In this document: positions 23,131-34,823 of the stretch, piece after piece
How the letters are laid out: every line of letters begins with the position of its first letter
Numbering within the stretch: the stretch's first letter is position 1
NCBI GenBank assembly: GCA_977017575.1
Contig: CDRNVI010000021.1
Span: forward strand, 718,440-782,439
Origin: Paramoeba atlantica
Lineage: Eukaryota > Protista > Discosea
Direction: 5' to 3'
DNA length: 64,000 nt
Notes under the pieces: generated by a model
The model's input: the letters and a program-made list of their open reading frames with translations, nothing else
Told to the model about the DNA's origin: nothing
Databases searched by the model: none
Position numbers and translations under genes: made by a program

Positions 23131-24629
23131 TTAGAATTGATAAGTCAAATCGGTAAGCCGATTTGCTTTTTCCATGGCCGGAAATTTAGGCCTATGGTAA
23201 CCTGAAGTCAGGTGTGTTCCTGGGCGATCTGTGCCCATGCCAGGGAGCACTCGAATATCATCGAGGCATTGTGCCCTGGATATTGCTACTGTGAGCTTGG
23301 CGAGTTCCGGTCTCTTGGACCACGTCCTATCATTCAAGTCAAGAATAACATCGTTCTTCACGGTGATACCTTGTACTTTGTGATACGTATAGGCAAATCC
23401 CAATTCCACTTGAAAGTTTCCTTGGGAAGCCTTATCATGGTGCTGCGCCTTTTTGGCGTAAAATTCTACACCTGACCCCTTCTCAATGCATTGCATAAAA
23501 GAAGGGGCTTTTCGTAGATAACAGACACCATCAATAGTGTCGTATGACAAATCGTCTGACACAAGGTCTCTCATTTCAATCACTGTCCCATTCGCAATTT
23601 TCATTGTATAAGGAGCAATGTTCTCGGTGATTACACCGGGTGCTCCTTTTACATACGGAAAATGCTTCAGGGTGTGTGTCAATGAGTTTACCTTGGACGT
23701 TATCGCCTGTCCATGCGAACAATGGGCAATTGTGGCGTCTGGCAAAATTTCTTGCCATTGCGACATTAATCTTGTGCCGTTCAATATTTGTTCCAACAAA
23801 TAACTGAATTTTCTTGGTCCTCAGAGGTAAGAGGTTTTACCAATTGGATGAACTTCTTCAACCCCTCATTGGGAGCTTTTCGAAGAAGACGCAAGATATC
23901 TGAAAATACAGTATCTTGTCGTGCTCGCATTTGCTGTTTGAGTTCAAACACATACGAGACTTGAAAAATATTCTCAAAAATGGGATTATTACCAGGAGAG
24001 CTATCTTCTATGGTAAGAGACGCTCCTTGTACTGGTCTCAGCTGATAAAAATCTCCCACATAGAGCATGTTGATGCCTCCATAGGGAAGCTGCTCATTGC
24101 CTTTGATTTGCTGCAACCTAGTGTTGATACAGGAAAGGAAACACTTGCTGATCATTGACACTTCGTCGACTATGATTAATCGACATTTCTCATACCTTTG
24201 TTGGTATGGTAGAAGGCTACTGCTTGAAAGATGTTTCAAATTTCTTGCAGTAGCCCCTATCGGTATGCAGAGGGAAGCGTGTATTGTGCAACAGTGCAGT
24301 ACTGATGCGGCGATCCCAGTGGGCGCCATTGCAATACATTGGCTTCCCAGTTCTTGCATTATGAAACGGGAAACTAGACTTTTCCCGGTTCCGGGTCCAC
24401 CGAGCAGAAACATACATTTCCGCTCGGGGTCTAGTTTCCCGTTTAGTAAATCTTCAGTTTGATTTACGCACTGTTTCTGTGCTTGGTTCAGTTCAATGGA
24501 ACTGTTGTCTTCGCGAAACATGTAGCTGCGATCAAACGTAATCTCTTCGTATTGATTACTGCGAGCCAGTGGACGATCCTCATTAAAATGAGCTCTGTCC
24601 ACTTGGCTCAGATTGATCCGAAGTTGCAA
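23131..24629 (-). pseudogene. PIF1-family SF1B helicase domain of the Helitron (frameshift near 23790)
   Basis: Walker A GGPGTGKS, Walker B DEVSMI and motif III GDFYQLRPV lie in ORF 23781-24629. Motifs V and VI (HKVQG, VAISRA) lie in ORF 23131-23799. Confidence 0.9.
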
Positions 24630-25821
24630 ATCGTTCGTTTTGGATCATTTCAGCATAGCGCTCTCGCGCATTTATGACTGAAATATTGGACCTTGTCATT
24701 GTCGATAAAAGATCAATATTTTCTTCAGAGGAGTTCTCAGTAGAACCTCCTAACGCGGCCGTTAAAGCTCGCGTTTGTAGTTCGCAGTATGCATTCTGCT
24801 GAACCAATCGCTCTTCATTAACCACTGCAGTATTCTGCTGTGCTTCAAGAGCATCTTGAAGATGAGGTTCAACCTCTCGCACTTCAAGCTCATTTTCGTA
24901 CGCATGTTGCGTGCTAATCTTGCTTCTTCCAGAGTGCAAGCATCTTTGCGTCGATACAAATCTGCCGCGTTCTCTGTATTCTTCGAAGCATGTAAAAGCC
25001 GAAGAAAGTTGCACATTATGTCATACTTTCCAGGCGTATTTATTTTCGCTTCATTGAGAAGCTTTTCAAACCCTTCTAGGGTCATTTCATGGCTCGTTGA
25101 GCCTTTCGTCCATGGGGAAAACAATGCCACCATGTGTTTCGCTACTCGAAGATGGCTTCGAGCTCGTGCCCCAGGTTCTTTTGAAGAATTCAATATGGGA
25201 AAACCTGGTATAGCTAGAACTGTGTGCAAAGAGCGCAACTGTTGCTCAACAATATCTCCAGGCTCAAATTCCGGGAGGCCTTCAATGTCCTCAAAGGCGT
25301 ATCTCCCATTAGCACGACGTCCGCGACGACGTCTTCGATTTGTCCCTGACTCAAAATCTGAATCATGATCGGGCTCTTCTTGAGCTAGTTCAGCTCTTTT
25401 CTTCTTTACGCTGACAATGCCTGCATAGGAATACAGGTCAAGGTCTTGAAGATCTTCGCCCCTGTGCATGTAACGCACATGGAGTGGTGCAAGAACTGCA
25501 CAACCATGTTCGGTGATCATTAGAGGAGCCTCTAAGATACCTTTGTCGAACTCCATATCAGAGTCTTGTGACGAATCATCGTCACTGATTTCTAGATCTC
25601 TGTGATCTGACTCACTTGAGATATTTGCCAGGAACTTCATTACACGGTTCATATTGATCCATGTGAAGTTATGGCTCATATACTCGGAGGATTGGCCGAG
25701 ACAAAAGGCAGTTGCCATTTCGATTGAAACTTCCATCTTTCGATGTGTCTTGTTCGACAATTTCTGTAGAACTAAGCGTGCCATCGGAATGTCAGTTTGC
25801 ACTCTGTGCTCTTAATTCAGA

Positions 25822-26235
25822 CAGACAGACAGAAGACACGGAGGGCTCTGCAGCGCCAACCGTTAGGGTAGAGCCTCAGGTCACCGACCTTCATTGTCTC
25901 CCAGACGGCACTCGACGCCTTGCGGCCCGATAACGGCTACCCAACCGTAGCTACCAGGACGGGCGCCCAACCCCGTTGCATCGTGTAGGCTGTGTCTCAA
26001 GCCTCCTTTGCGTAAGCAGCTCGCAATTTAGCGGCTGCGCTGGAGCCTGGTTCAGCTCGGCGGTTCCGGGTCGGTCCTCCAGGGGAGCGGGGTTGGGTGT
26101 GGGCCTTGAAGGCACTCCTGATCGCTTTCCCTTTGTAGTGAGGCCGCCAGGTTGCGAGTTTTGTCGATAGCGGGAATCGAACCCACAACCTGCAGGTTGT
26201 AAGGCCCACCGTCTAACAACTACGCCCACACCGCC
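25822..26235 (-). mobile_element. tRNA-derived SINE family 2 (Val-like head), copy 1
   Basis: Head GGCGTAGTTGTTAGACGGTGGGCCTTACAACCTGCAGGTTGTGGGTTCGATTCCCGC with B box GGTTCGATTCC, and a (TCTG)n tail. The ~13-bp TSD CTCT(G/T)AATTCAGA has one mismatch, and there is an extra target duplication at the 5' junction. Confidence 0.85.
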
Positions 26236-26436
26236 CTGAATTCAGAGCCCTCTGAATTCAGAGCCATTTGAAGGTGGTTATTGGCTGCGCGAAGTGCTGG
26301 TACAATGTACACAGGTGGACCAATGTCCTTGCTCATATATTTTATGAGATATTGCATAATTTTTATGCCGGGACCTTCGCTCCCAATGAAAACTACACAT
26401 GTATTGCATCTTACGCAAGCAGTGAGTGTTTCATTG

Positions 26437-26821
26437 GAGCGGAGGTGGCGGAGTGGCAAGAACTCAAAGTTTGAAGCACATGGTGCTCAGACGGCGAGTT
26501 CAAACTCGCTCATCGCAATATTCCTGGCGGCCTCACTCCAAGAGGCTGGGCTGATAACCGACTAGGCCCAGTACTCGGAGGACCGTCCCGGACCCTCCCC
26601 TCAGGGAACCAGCTCCCTTACCATGCTTACACCTCTTGGGTAAGCCGTGTTGACGTACAGTTCGTCAACGCAGCGTGTTGGTAACAACACGTTGGTGCAG
26701 CCTTGGAAAAGCGGAAACTGGTAGAGGACGTCGGCCTCGGAACTTCTAAATCTGTCTGTGAAGGGCCTGGCTTGCCAGTGACCATCCGGAGCGATCCGGA
26801 ATGATTTGGATTTTTTTTTTG
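26437..26821 (+). mobile_element. tRNA-derived SINE family 1, copy inserted in the Helitron Rep region
   Basis: Perfect 13-bp TSD GAGTGTTTCATTG (26424-26436 and 26822-26834), A and B boxes, and an oligo-T tail. Confidence 0.9.
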
Positions 26822-27087
26822 GAGTGTTTCATTGTACGGAACGGTGATGGATCCCCGTTTAGTGTGTTGTGTCGGGTCCTGGTTGTTGCGCAGAAGCACA
26901 ATCAGAGACCTTTCATCAAGTACTGGGCAAATGGTATCATTTTTAACCGACCGTGTTGGAGCCTTGAGCCGGAATTCCGGTTGTCCGGATTCATCCATCT
27001 TAACCTCAACCTCTCTAACTTCCGTTTCATTTTCATGAAGTACGGATGGAATGCCATATCGGCATTTGTTCTTGCTAATGTTTCCTT

Positions 27088-29330
27088 TCATTTTGAAACG
27101 CACGGGTCTGTGACCAACGTGCTGCTGAACATCAACAGCACATTTGGCCACATGTTCCCTGAAATAATCATCCTTTTCATCAGGAATGATATGTAGACCT
27201 CCGCGATACATCTTTGAGTAGTCGAGCGTTGCAGGTCCGTAAATCTCCTTACTGATCCTTTGCGCCCACTCGGGCAGATCAGCGCGCATCGTCGTACCCA
27301 AAGACTACCATCGTGCTCCTTCACAATGTGAATTAATTCGGAGACGTAATGTGGACTAAGATTCGTCCATAGCACACTATGAAAGTGTAGCGCACCTCTT
27401 TTCTGGCATTCTACAACACCAAAAAATGCTCGAGGGCGACCAAAGAGGCCTTCAAGAACGTCACGTTCCTTCTTTACCTCATCTACATTCGACATTCCGT
27501 ACAATTCGGTAAGAAGAGTACGGATTTGCCGTTCGAAAATGCTAGTGGATCTGACAGGATTCTCTTGCACAAGCTCAGATCGCTTGAGAAGGTTGGCCCG
27601 CATTTCCTGCATTTTTTCGCTCTCATCATTTGTGATGATTCTTAGAGCTAGAACGTTATCGTTCATGTTTGGACTCAGTGTGATCCAGTAACTTGGCAGT
27701 CCGTATCGCCTGTATAAGACGTAGATCTGGCCTTGTGATGCCTTTCGCTTTTCTGTCTTCTTCTTCTTCTTCTTCTTCTTCGCTTTGCTGGCGAAAAGGG
27801 TATCGTTTTTGCGCATACTTGCACAAATGGCAGAAACTTTGTTTCCAGAAGTTTCGCCTCGGAACTGTTTGGGTTCCTTATAGCCTGTTGGACAATGTGA
27901 TTGAAAGCATCAGCATTGCAAAAATTCATGAGGCTTCTGTGCATATCTTTGTTATACTTCAGATTTTGCACTACTGCTGATGAGACTGCACGGCGCCGAA
28001 GCACATCGTAGCAGTAAAATATGAATCCAGCATTCTTTGCAAATCGGGAATCCGATTGCTCTAGAATTTCCTTGATTTCATATAGTTCAAACGTTGAACC
28101 CTTAAAAGGGTGCTTTTGCATCAGCGTCGGAAATTCTCCGAGCAAGATGTTTTCCATGTCGGTATACTCATTGAGTAAACCTTCTTTTTGTTTCAGTTGC
28201 ATCGCCACGGCATGCGTAATTTGCGCACCCGCCGGCGCATTGCTTACAGGGCTGTGATCAGTTACAAAAGATCGTGTGATCTCACCGCGAGGATCGCGAT
28301 GTAACGTATAGGAAGCCACTGCTTGGATGACCATACTGTTGATGGCGTTTTCACCCTCCTGGGAAACAGATCTATCCCAAAGATGTGAGACAACGTCTCT
28401 ACAACGTTGTTCGGTAACAACGTTGATCTTTCCTTCCTCTTTCAGTTGAGCATACACGTGGTTATGCTCACAGAGTAAGTTTACCCAGGTGTTCAGGGTC
28501 TCTGATTTCACGCCGAATATGCCACTCAGCTGTGCAGAACATAGTCTTTGACTACGTTTCGTTCTCCGTTCGTTGGCTATCCAAACGATTTGGATGTTCT
28601 TAATCGCGCCCTCGAGATCAGGAACTCTTTCGAGTTGCAAGAGCTCAAGGGTTTCGCGTTCTGTAGCCGTCACGTGTCCAGTGAACTTCGTGTCTGTCCT
28701 TAAGGATGCGGCATATGCGCCACCTTTCCTATGTACACTGATGATTGTGCAGTGTAAAAACGCCTTTTGAAGAAGGATCTCTCCTACCAGCGTGGGTACT
28801 GGAAGGTGATTTGTAGAAGGTTGTTCTACTGGACCGCGAGGAATTCTCCCTTTTTTGTCCATTATTCTTTGATCCCTTGCACAAAGTTGCGCTTCGGGAT
28901 TCGGAAGGTCACTTTCGAGAAGAATAACTTTACAAGAATCACAACTTGTGATACGTTGGTCGTCGTTCATTCTCTTTTTGTACCTTTTCATGCACTCTTC
29001 TTGAGCTTCCGTACTGACTGAAAAATCTTCCAAAGGAAGACGATCAATGTAGGAAGTCTCATAGAAGTATTTTAGTGCGTCTTTTGGATTGCGCTCAATG
29101 TCAAAACGTGTTCGACGTGAGCCATCTCCATTGACTTCGTATGTGTCAAAATTGACAATGCACTTCGCGATGCAACATCGTTCAAGCCAGTACCGAAGTT
29201 CATTGGCTGAAGATTCTTTGCATATTTCGTTTGTGTGAAAGATGGTATTTTCACACATCTGCATGATAGCATATGCTGCACTGTCAATAGTGCTAGCATT
29301 CGTCACATTCGTGACAGATGCTTGATTCAA
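27088..29330 (-). pseudogene. Helitron N-terminal and HUH replication-initiator region
   Basis: ORFs 27675-29330 and 27088-27816 join once a 35-bp insertion at ~27744-27786 is removed. The HUH motif is VECQKRGALHFH. Confidence 0.85.
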
Positions 29331-30560
29331 AATTGAAACAATTTCATTTTCAAGAGAGGGACTCGTAATAAACGTATAAACGTTCTTTTAACCCTTCTTT
29401 TTCAATGAAACAAGGACCCATATGGGTCCCGATGATTCATCCGTTTCCAAGTATGTAAATATGTGTAAACCCACACGGTTCCTTGAAGTGAACTTGTCAC
29501 ATTCATTGAATGGACATACTTTCACAGGAAATCGTCGTGTGTTAATGGTTTTACATAATACATTTTCCATAAAGTAGAGAATCTCTACTGATTTTAGTGG
29601 ATGATCTAGCCTTGTGAATGCTTCTTTGGTGCGCTTTTCTGGTGGATACAAAGTGAGGGGTATAACCCCCACTTCGCCTTTTTCCAGTGAAGCTTCGAGC
29701 CACTTCAAGAGTGATAAAAGTTTATCACGTTCTGTCAGTTTCGGCCAATTACGGTCTTGCGTGATAGTGTAGGCTATCGCTCCCAGGGAGAGCTCATCTT
29801 CATCGTTTCCTACTAAAGGAACTGGCGTAGTAGCCATGTTTCCAATATTGTAGACTGTTCGAATTGCCGCTATCTGTGTTTCCATAGAAGCTGCGCAATT
29901 GTATGTGAACACTCGTCGTTTAGTCAGACATACCATTGCGAGGCAATCGCCATTGCCTTTAACGTAAACGACGTTATGTCCATCATGATGCCTCTGAATA
30001 GAGCATCTTTTATCTCCATCGCTTTGGAGGGTTTCATCACAAACAATGTGTGAATTGATGAGAATATTCTCAATCAGTTGAAAAGATGTGAGTGTTAGCG
30101 TGGAGCATTGCTTCACACGTTCCAGCTCATCATCCTGCGATACTGCATGAGCTCTGTTGCCTATCCTATCCTATCCTATAAGACCGATTTGCATCGGTTA
30201 AGAACACATCCGTTTTTGTCGTCGCTTCGACGTCTTTCTCTCAGGTGAATTCGCCCTTTCATGCTCGTTGTCCGCTGAACCGGGCGTGGTACGTCTTTCA
30301 TGCAACTTTGTATTTTTGGCATCACATTCCTCAGGCAAACACTCTTTCTTTTCAGGAGAATCCACTCCAGTCTCTACAGGTGGCGAGGTACCCTTTTTGG
30401 AGAGAGGATCACCTTCTGCAATCTTGAAGTAATCCCGTCTTTTCCCTAATGGCTTAGGTATTTGGCCACAGTGTTTCCGAGGACGATTCATGGTTTGAAC
30501 GGTTTCTTAGCTAACCCTTTGAGCTTCTGAGGCACTTGTCGCAGTCTTTCTCCTCTTTAT

Positions 30561-33500
30561 TTATTTCTTCCTCTTTATTTCTGAGGCTGGGACTATTTTT
30601 CTCGACCCTGCAAGCGCCAAGGTGTCTGCCTTCTCATTGTAAATGTTCCCGTTGTGGGATTTCACTTTGCACACGTAACACCTTTTATCCATCGATTGGA
30701 GCGTTCGAATTTCCCGATCCAATTTCTCAAGGATACCCCCATTCGGTAGATTGTTATACCCAATGATTCGCCGTCGTAGACGAGTATGATGGAAGAAATT
30801 CCATACATAGAACGAATCGGTGTGTATGACAACTGTTTGAGCCTCATTAGGTATCCTTTCCAGCGCTTCCCTCAGCGATTCAACCTCAGCTCTCTCAGCT
30901 GAGCCAGCATCCAATGCTATGGAATAGTATTTGTCTTCTGTTCCACTCATTCTCAGAACTATTCCCGCACCGGATCTTTGTTCCTTGGACCCCCGCAACT
31001 GCCGAACAGAGCCATCAATATACATATGAACCTCACCCTCACTCATGTGGAACGGATCCGAGCCTTCCTCCACAAATTGTAGCTCATAAGAGCTTTTGCT
31101 TTTGACCGCTTGAGTGTGTTTAGTTTTCCACCTTGGAGACCTTAATACCTCATACATCGGAAGTGGTTCAAGTTCCTGCCTGAGCTCATCGCATAGCTTT
31201 TGCCAGTGTATCCGATCCTGCGAGTAAACAAGCGCCTGCTCCAGAGTGACCCCTAGATCATTAAAACTTGCTTCGCTAGGAGAAATATTTCTTGTTTTTT
31301 CCGTGCTATTCCATTGAACGAGCTCGCGAAACGTAGAGGAGTGCCTGAGCATGTGGCCAACGATTTTCGCACGGGCAACACGATGCACGGTCGAAAATCG
31401 AGGCGTACCACAATACAAGGACTCTAATGGGTAGCAGTGTCCGAAATCGTCAAGCTTTGCTGAGTTACAAGCGAATCTCCTCATCATATTTACCTCAACC
31501 TCCGTTTTTCGAAGCATTTTGTTAGAAAGAGAAAGACAGGCTGCACCAAACGTTAAAATAGGGTAGATCAAGCAGTCAAACAGGCGTATTTTCGTGGCAG
31601 CACTCAGAGGAGAAGCCCAAATGCCACTGAGTTTACGAAATGCTGCCCATGTGAGCCTTAGCCTGTCCTTGATGGGGGATGATGCTGTAGCATCTTGGAG
31701 ATGACCAAGATGCCGGTAGGAATCCACAAGAGGAATCTTGCCAAGCGATCCTGCTCGAAGTTCTCGCGTCCCCCCCGGAACTTTCCCAAAGGCCATCCAC
31801 GCAGTCTTGGTTTTCCCCACGGCAATCCTCAGATTAGCTGGTTTTGCCTCATTTGCCGTAGCTTCGATCATTTGCGATATTTCATGTTTCGTGGAAGCTA
31901 AAAGTGCTATGTCGTCTGCGTAGTCGATGTCCTTTAGTCTAAATTCTTGAATTCCCCTGCTTTTCGTCCAGCTGCTCCTTAGAAGAATCCCGAGCGGCTT
32001 GTTATCGAGTGCTTTGTTGAGAATCCTATCGATTACAAGCACAAAGAGATAAGGAGCAAGCACGTCCCCTTGAAGAATTCCTGTTTCAATGGGAAAAGAA
32101 TCCGTATTTCCGTATGGTGTGCGGACTATTCCTTTTAAATTCGAGTACAAGGACATTACCATCCTAGTAAGCGCGGGTCCGACATGAAAGGCATTCAATG
32201 CAGCACGGATGGCATGAAACGATACCGAGGGAAATGCTTTTGCGAAGTCCATGAATGCCACTGCAATGCCTTTCTTGCCCCTGGTCGCACGAACTCTTGC
32301 ATCATTCAAAATGATTTGCGCCCCTGCCGTGGACCTTTCTGGCCGAAAACCAAATTGACTGTCGCGAAGGAGCGGCTCGATGGATGGTCTGATTCTTTTC
32401 AGGATCATTGCATTCATCAATTTAACCGCACTTTTCACGAGACAGATTGGCCGCCAATTCGCTATTTGTGTCAGGTCGCCTTTTTTTGGAATAGGCACCT
32501 GAAGGACAATTTTCCAGGACGCAGGCGAAACCCCTGTTCGATGAACCTCGTTTATAATATGTAATAAGGATTTTCTCAGCTCAGCATGTTCTGTGATCAT
32601 TCTGAGTGCCTGCTCCGGAATTTGGTCTATTCCATGTGCCTTGTTGCGCGCTAGTCTACTGATGCCGCCCTCGAGCTCTTCTACAGTGAAACTTTCATCG
32701 TTGATTGGTACTTTCGGGCTGACTACTTTGTCAAATTTTATATCTTTATCTCCGCGATCATCGGACCCCATACGAGCAAAGAAATCTTTAACAATGTTAA
32801 GAGTTTCCCTTGTCGACGAGGTCTCGATGCAAAGAGTCTCCCTGTACAAACCGCAAATTCTACGTAGCGTACGCCACGGATTAGAACGGTTTCGCCGCAG
32901 ACCTGCTTCAATTTCGGCGCATTCCTGCCCAATCTGCGCCTCAATTTCTTCTCCGTGCTCTTTTAGCACTTCCTTGAAGTGGTCCGGTTTTCGACTCTGA
33001 AGAAATAAGTCGCGAAACCCTGAGATGCGCGGTGTTTCTGTACCCGGTGGTGTGTTTTCTGTCCCTGTAGGAGCGTTGGTCGTTTTTGGGGTTCGGTCCT
33101 TTTTTGAGAGTCTTTGCGCTGTGTGTACCATATTTTCCGATAAGTATTCCCATGTGATCTCTTCCTCTTTCTTCGCCATTTCCCACACTGCTTGCTGGAA
33201 GGATGCCTTCTTCTCTTCATCTCCAAGTCTTGGCCAGGGTACCTTGCTTTGCCCACCTGTACCTTTAGAGCGCCACTTGATTTTCACATCCGCCATAACG
33301 ACGCAGTGTACTGTAGGCACTGGCGCCTTGAGTACTTTGTGCCTCCTAATGCTGCAGGCAAAGCGCTCACTGACCATGATGTGGTCAAGCTGTCTCCGCA
33401 CCTTGTTGTCCCCACGCCTTTTGCTACCTCCCTTTTTGCCGACCTCCCCTTTTACGTGCATGTACTCGCAGGCCTTGTCCCCATTTTCCTCTCCTTCCCT

Positions 33501-34808
33501 TCCCCTCTTCACCATACCGTTGTTATCCGTCCCCTCTGGCTCTGATCCTTTCCTTCCCATTTCCACCTTTCCTTCTTCCCCCTTCTGCCCCACCTTCTCT
33601 GTTCCTACGTTGCGACGGTCCTTTGTCTCCGCCCTCCTGCCCGGCAGCTCACATGTCCATTTCCTCTTGCTCGGGCAGAGGGTGTGTGCTGACTTACAGC
33701 CAATGGAGCACAAGAGGCCTTTCAGCTGAGAGACCGCTGGGGGATCCATGCTCGGATTCGTCACGAGCGTTATCGGTGCATTGAAATCCCCCATGACCAA
33801 TAAAGGTCTTCGTTTCCTTTCAGCCTTGACCTCACGACACGCCTTGTCCAAGTCACCCAGAAATGCCGCATGAACGGCTTCTGAGGAGTCCCGTATTGGG
33901 GCATAGACATTGAACAAAGTGCCGGTCCCCTCCTCCAGGGGATACTCAGCTCCCATCACCCTGTTGCTCACCATCCAAACCTTCCGAAACGCATGCCGGC
34001 TCACTATGGCCATGCCATTATATGAATCGCGTGCGGCGGCCGACTGCAAATACAGGTGAAACCTCTCCCCTAGGTTTTCAACCTGCCTGTAGAGGATTCC
34101 ATCCTCATGTCCTTCCTTCGAGAAATTGTACCTGGTCTCCTGAAGGCACATGACAACAACCCCCCTTACCTGCATGAAAGCAAGCACCTCGTTCAAACGG
34201 GTGCATCTTCGAAGAGAGAATTCATCTTCCCCCTCGAGTTTTAACGTCGTAACGTTAAGCGTTGCAACGGTGGTGTTCTCCTTCACAGCGGAACCTTTGA
34301 GGTTCTCCGAATCTCGTTGGGCGTGTGTGCCACGCGACGCCCAGTGTGACCGAGGGCGGTGACGGGAGCTCCTTCGTTTCGCCTTTGCCGGGTTACTCAC
34401 CTGCACCGCGCAGAGCACGACACCTGTATTCGGTAAGGGGGGAAAGGGAAGAGTCTTGTGCGGCCTCGCCACGTACCGAACACGAAATGTACCGGCCAAA
34501 GGTTCACCTCGAGTTACCGAGGATCCCCCCTGAGTATGCCAGCCTACGCTTTTCAGATAAGCCGGCCCCTCACACACGACCTCGCCCTCCCAAACAAACA
34601 AAGTGTCGCAACAGTTGTCGTGTCTCCACGCGACGCGAAGATGAGCCCCAACGCGGACAAACTTACAGAGCGCCCGCACCGCTCTCTGGAGGAGTTTAGC
34701 AGGCCCCTCTCGCTCGGGTGAACGAAAGATGACCCCCCGACCACGCTTGGTCCGTGTAAGGGTTTCAAAAACCTCTGTCCCCTTACACGTGCCGGAAGCA
34801 TCCGCCAT
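30561..34808 (-). CDS. LINE polyprotein: APE endonuclease + reverse transcriptase + RNase H (RTE/Ingi-like architecture)
   Basis: Uninterrupted 1415-aa ORF. APE motifs: CLQETR, FNVYAP, MGDFNA, QLDHIMVS. RT motifs: IPKKGD..NWRPICL, QFGFRPERST, FMDFAKAFPSV, GILQGDVLAPYLF, YADD. RNase H motifs: YIDGS, ERAEVESL, HTDS, KVKSHNGNIYNEKADTLA. Confidence 0.95.
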   Translation of the reverse strand: MADASGTCKGTEVFETLTRTKRGRGVIFRSPEREGPAKLLQRAVRALCKFVRVGAHLRVAWRHDNCCDTLFVWEGEVVCEGPAYLKSVGWHTQGGSSVTRGEPLAGTFRVRYVARPHKTLPFPPLPNTGVVLCAVQVSNPAKAKRRSSRHRPRSHWASRGTHAQRDSENLKGSAVKENTTVATLNVTTLKLEGEDEFSLRRCTRLNEVLAFMQVRGVVVMCLQETRYNFSKEGHEDGILYRQVENLGERFHLYLQSAAARDSYNGMAIVSRHAFRKVWMVSNRVMGAEYPLEEGTGTLFNVYAPIRDSSEAVHAAFLGDLDKACREVKAERKRRPLLVMGDFNAPITLVTNPSMDPPAVSQLKGLLCSIGCKSAHTLCPSKRKWTCELPGRRAETKDRRNVGTEKVGQKGEEGKVEMGRKGSEPEGTDNNGMVKRGREGEENGDKACEYMHVKGEVGKKGGSKRRGDNKVRRQLDHIMVSERFACSIRRHKVLKAPVPTVHCVVMADVKIKWRSKGTGGQSKVPWPRLGDEEKKASFQQAVWEMAKKEEEITWEYLSENMVHTAQRLSKKDRTPKTTNAPTGTENTPPGTETPRISGFRDLFLQSRKPDHFKEVLKEHGEEIEAQIGQECAEIEAGLRRNRSNPWRTLRRICGLYRETLCIETSSTRETLNIVKDFFARMGSDDRGDKDIKFDKVVSPKVPINDESFTVEELEGGISRLARNKAHGIDQIPEQALRMITEHAELRKSLLHIINEVHRTGVSPASWKIVLQVPIPKKGDLTQIANWRPICLVKSAVKLMNAMILKRIRPSIEPLLRDSQFGFRPERSTAGAQIILNDARVRATRGKKGIAVAFMDFAKAFPSVSFHAIRAALNAFHVGPALTRMVMSLYSNLKGIVRTPYGNTDSFPIETGILQGDVLAPYLFVLVIDRILNKALDNKPLGILLRSSWTKSRGIQEFRLKDIDYADDIALLASTKHEISQMIEATANEAKPANLRIAVGKTKTAWMAFGKVPGGTRELRAGSLGKIPLVDSYRHLGHLQDATASSPIKDRLRLTWAAFRKLSGIWASPLSAATKIRLFDCLIYPILTFGAACLSLSNKMLRKTEVEVNMMRRFACNSAKLDDFGHCYPLESLYCGTPRFSTVHRVARAKIVGHMLRHSSTFRELVQWNSTEKTRNISPSEASFNDLGVTLEQALVYSQDRIHWQKLCDELRQELEPLPMYEVLRSPRWKTKHTQAVKSKSSYELQFVEEGSDPFHMSEGEVHMYIDGSVRQLRGSKEQRSGAGIVLRMSGTEDKYYSIALDAGSAERAEVESLREALERIPNEAQTVVIHTDSFYVWNFFHHTRLRRRIIGYNNLPNGGILEKLDREIRTLQSMDKRCYVCKVKSHNGNIYNEKADTLALAGSRKIVPASEIKRKK

Positions 34809-34823
34809 GTTTTTATAATTAGA

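Noticed and set aside
26437-26520. Functional tRNA genes (including tRNA-Sec suggested by CTTCAAA on the opposite strand)
   Set aside because: The acceptor and anticodon stems do not pair. The heads are fused to 300-bp bodies flanked by TSDs, so they are SINEs.
26540-26590. Possible 5S-derived segment inside the SINE-1 core (CTAGGCCCAG..TACT..GAGG vs TCAGGCTCAGTTAGTACTGAGG)
   Set aside because: The match is short and gapped, and I cannot show significance by eye. It would need an Infernal RF00001 search.
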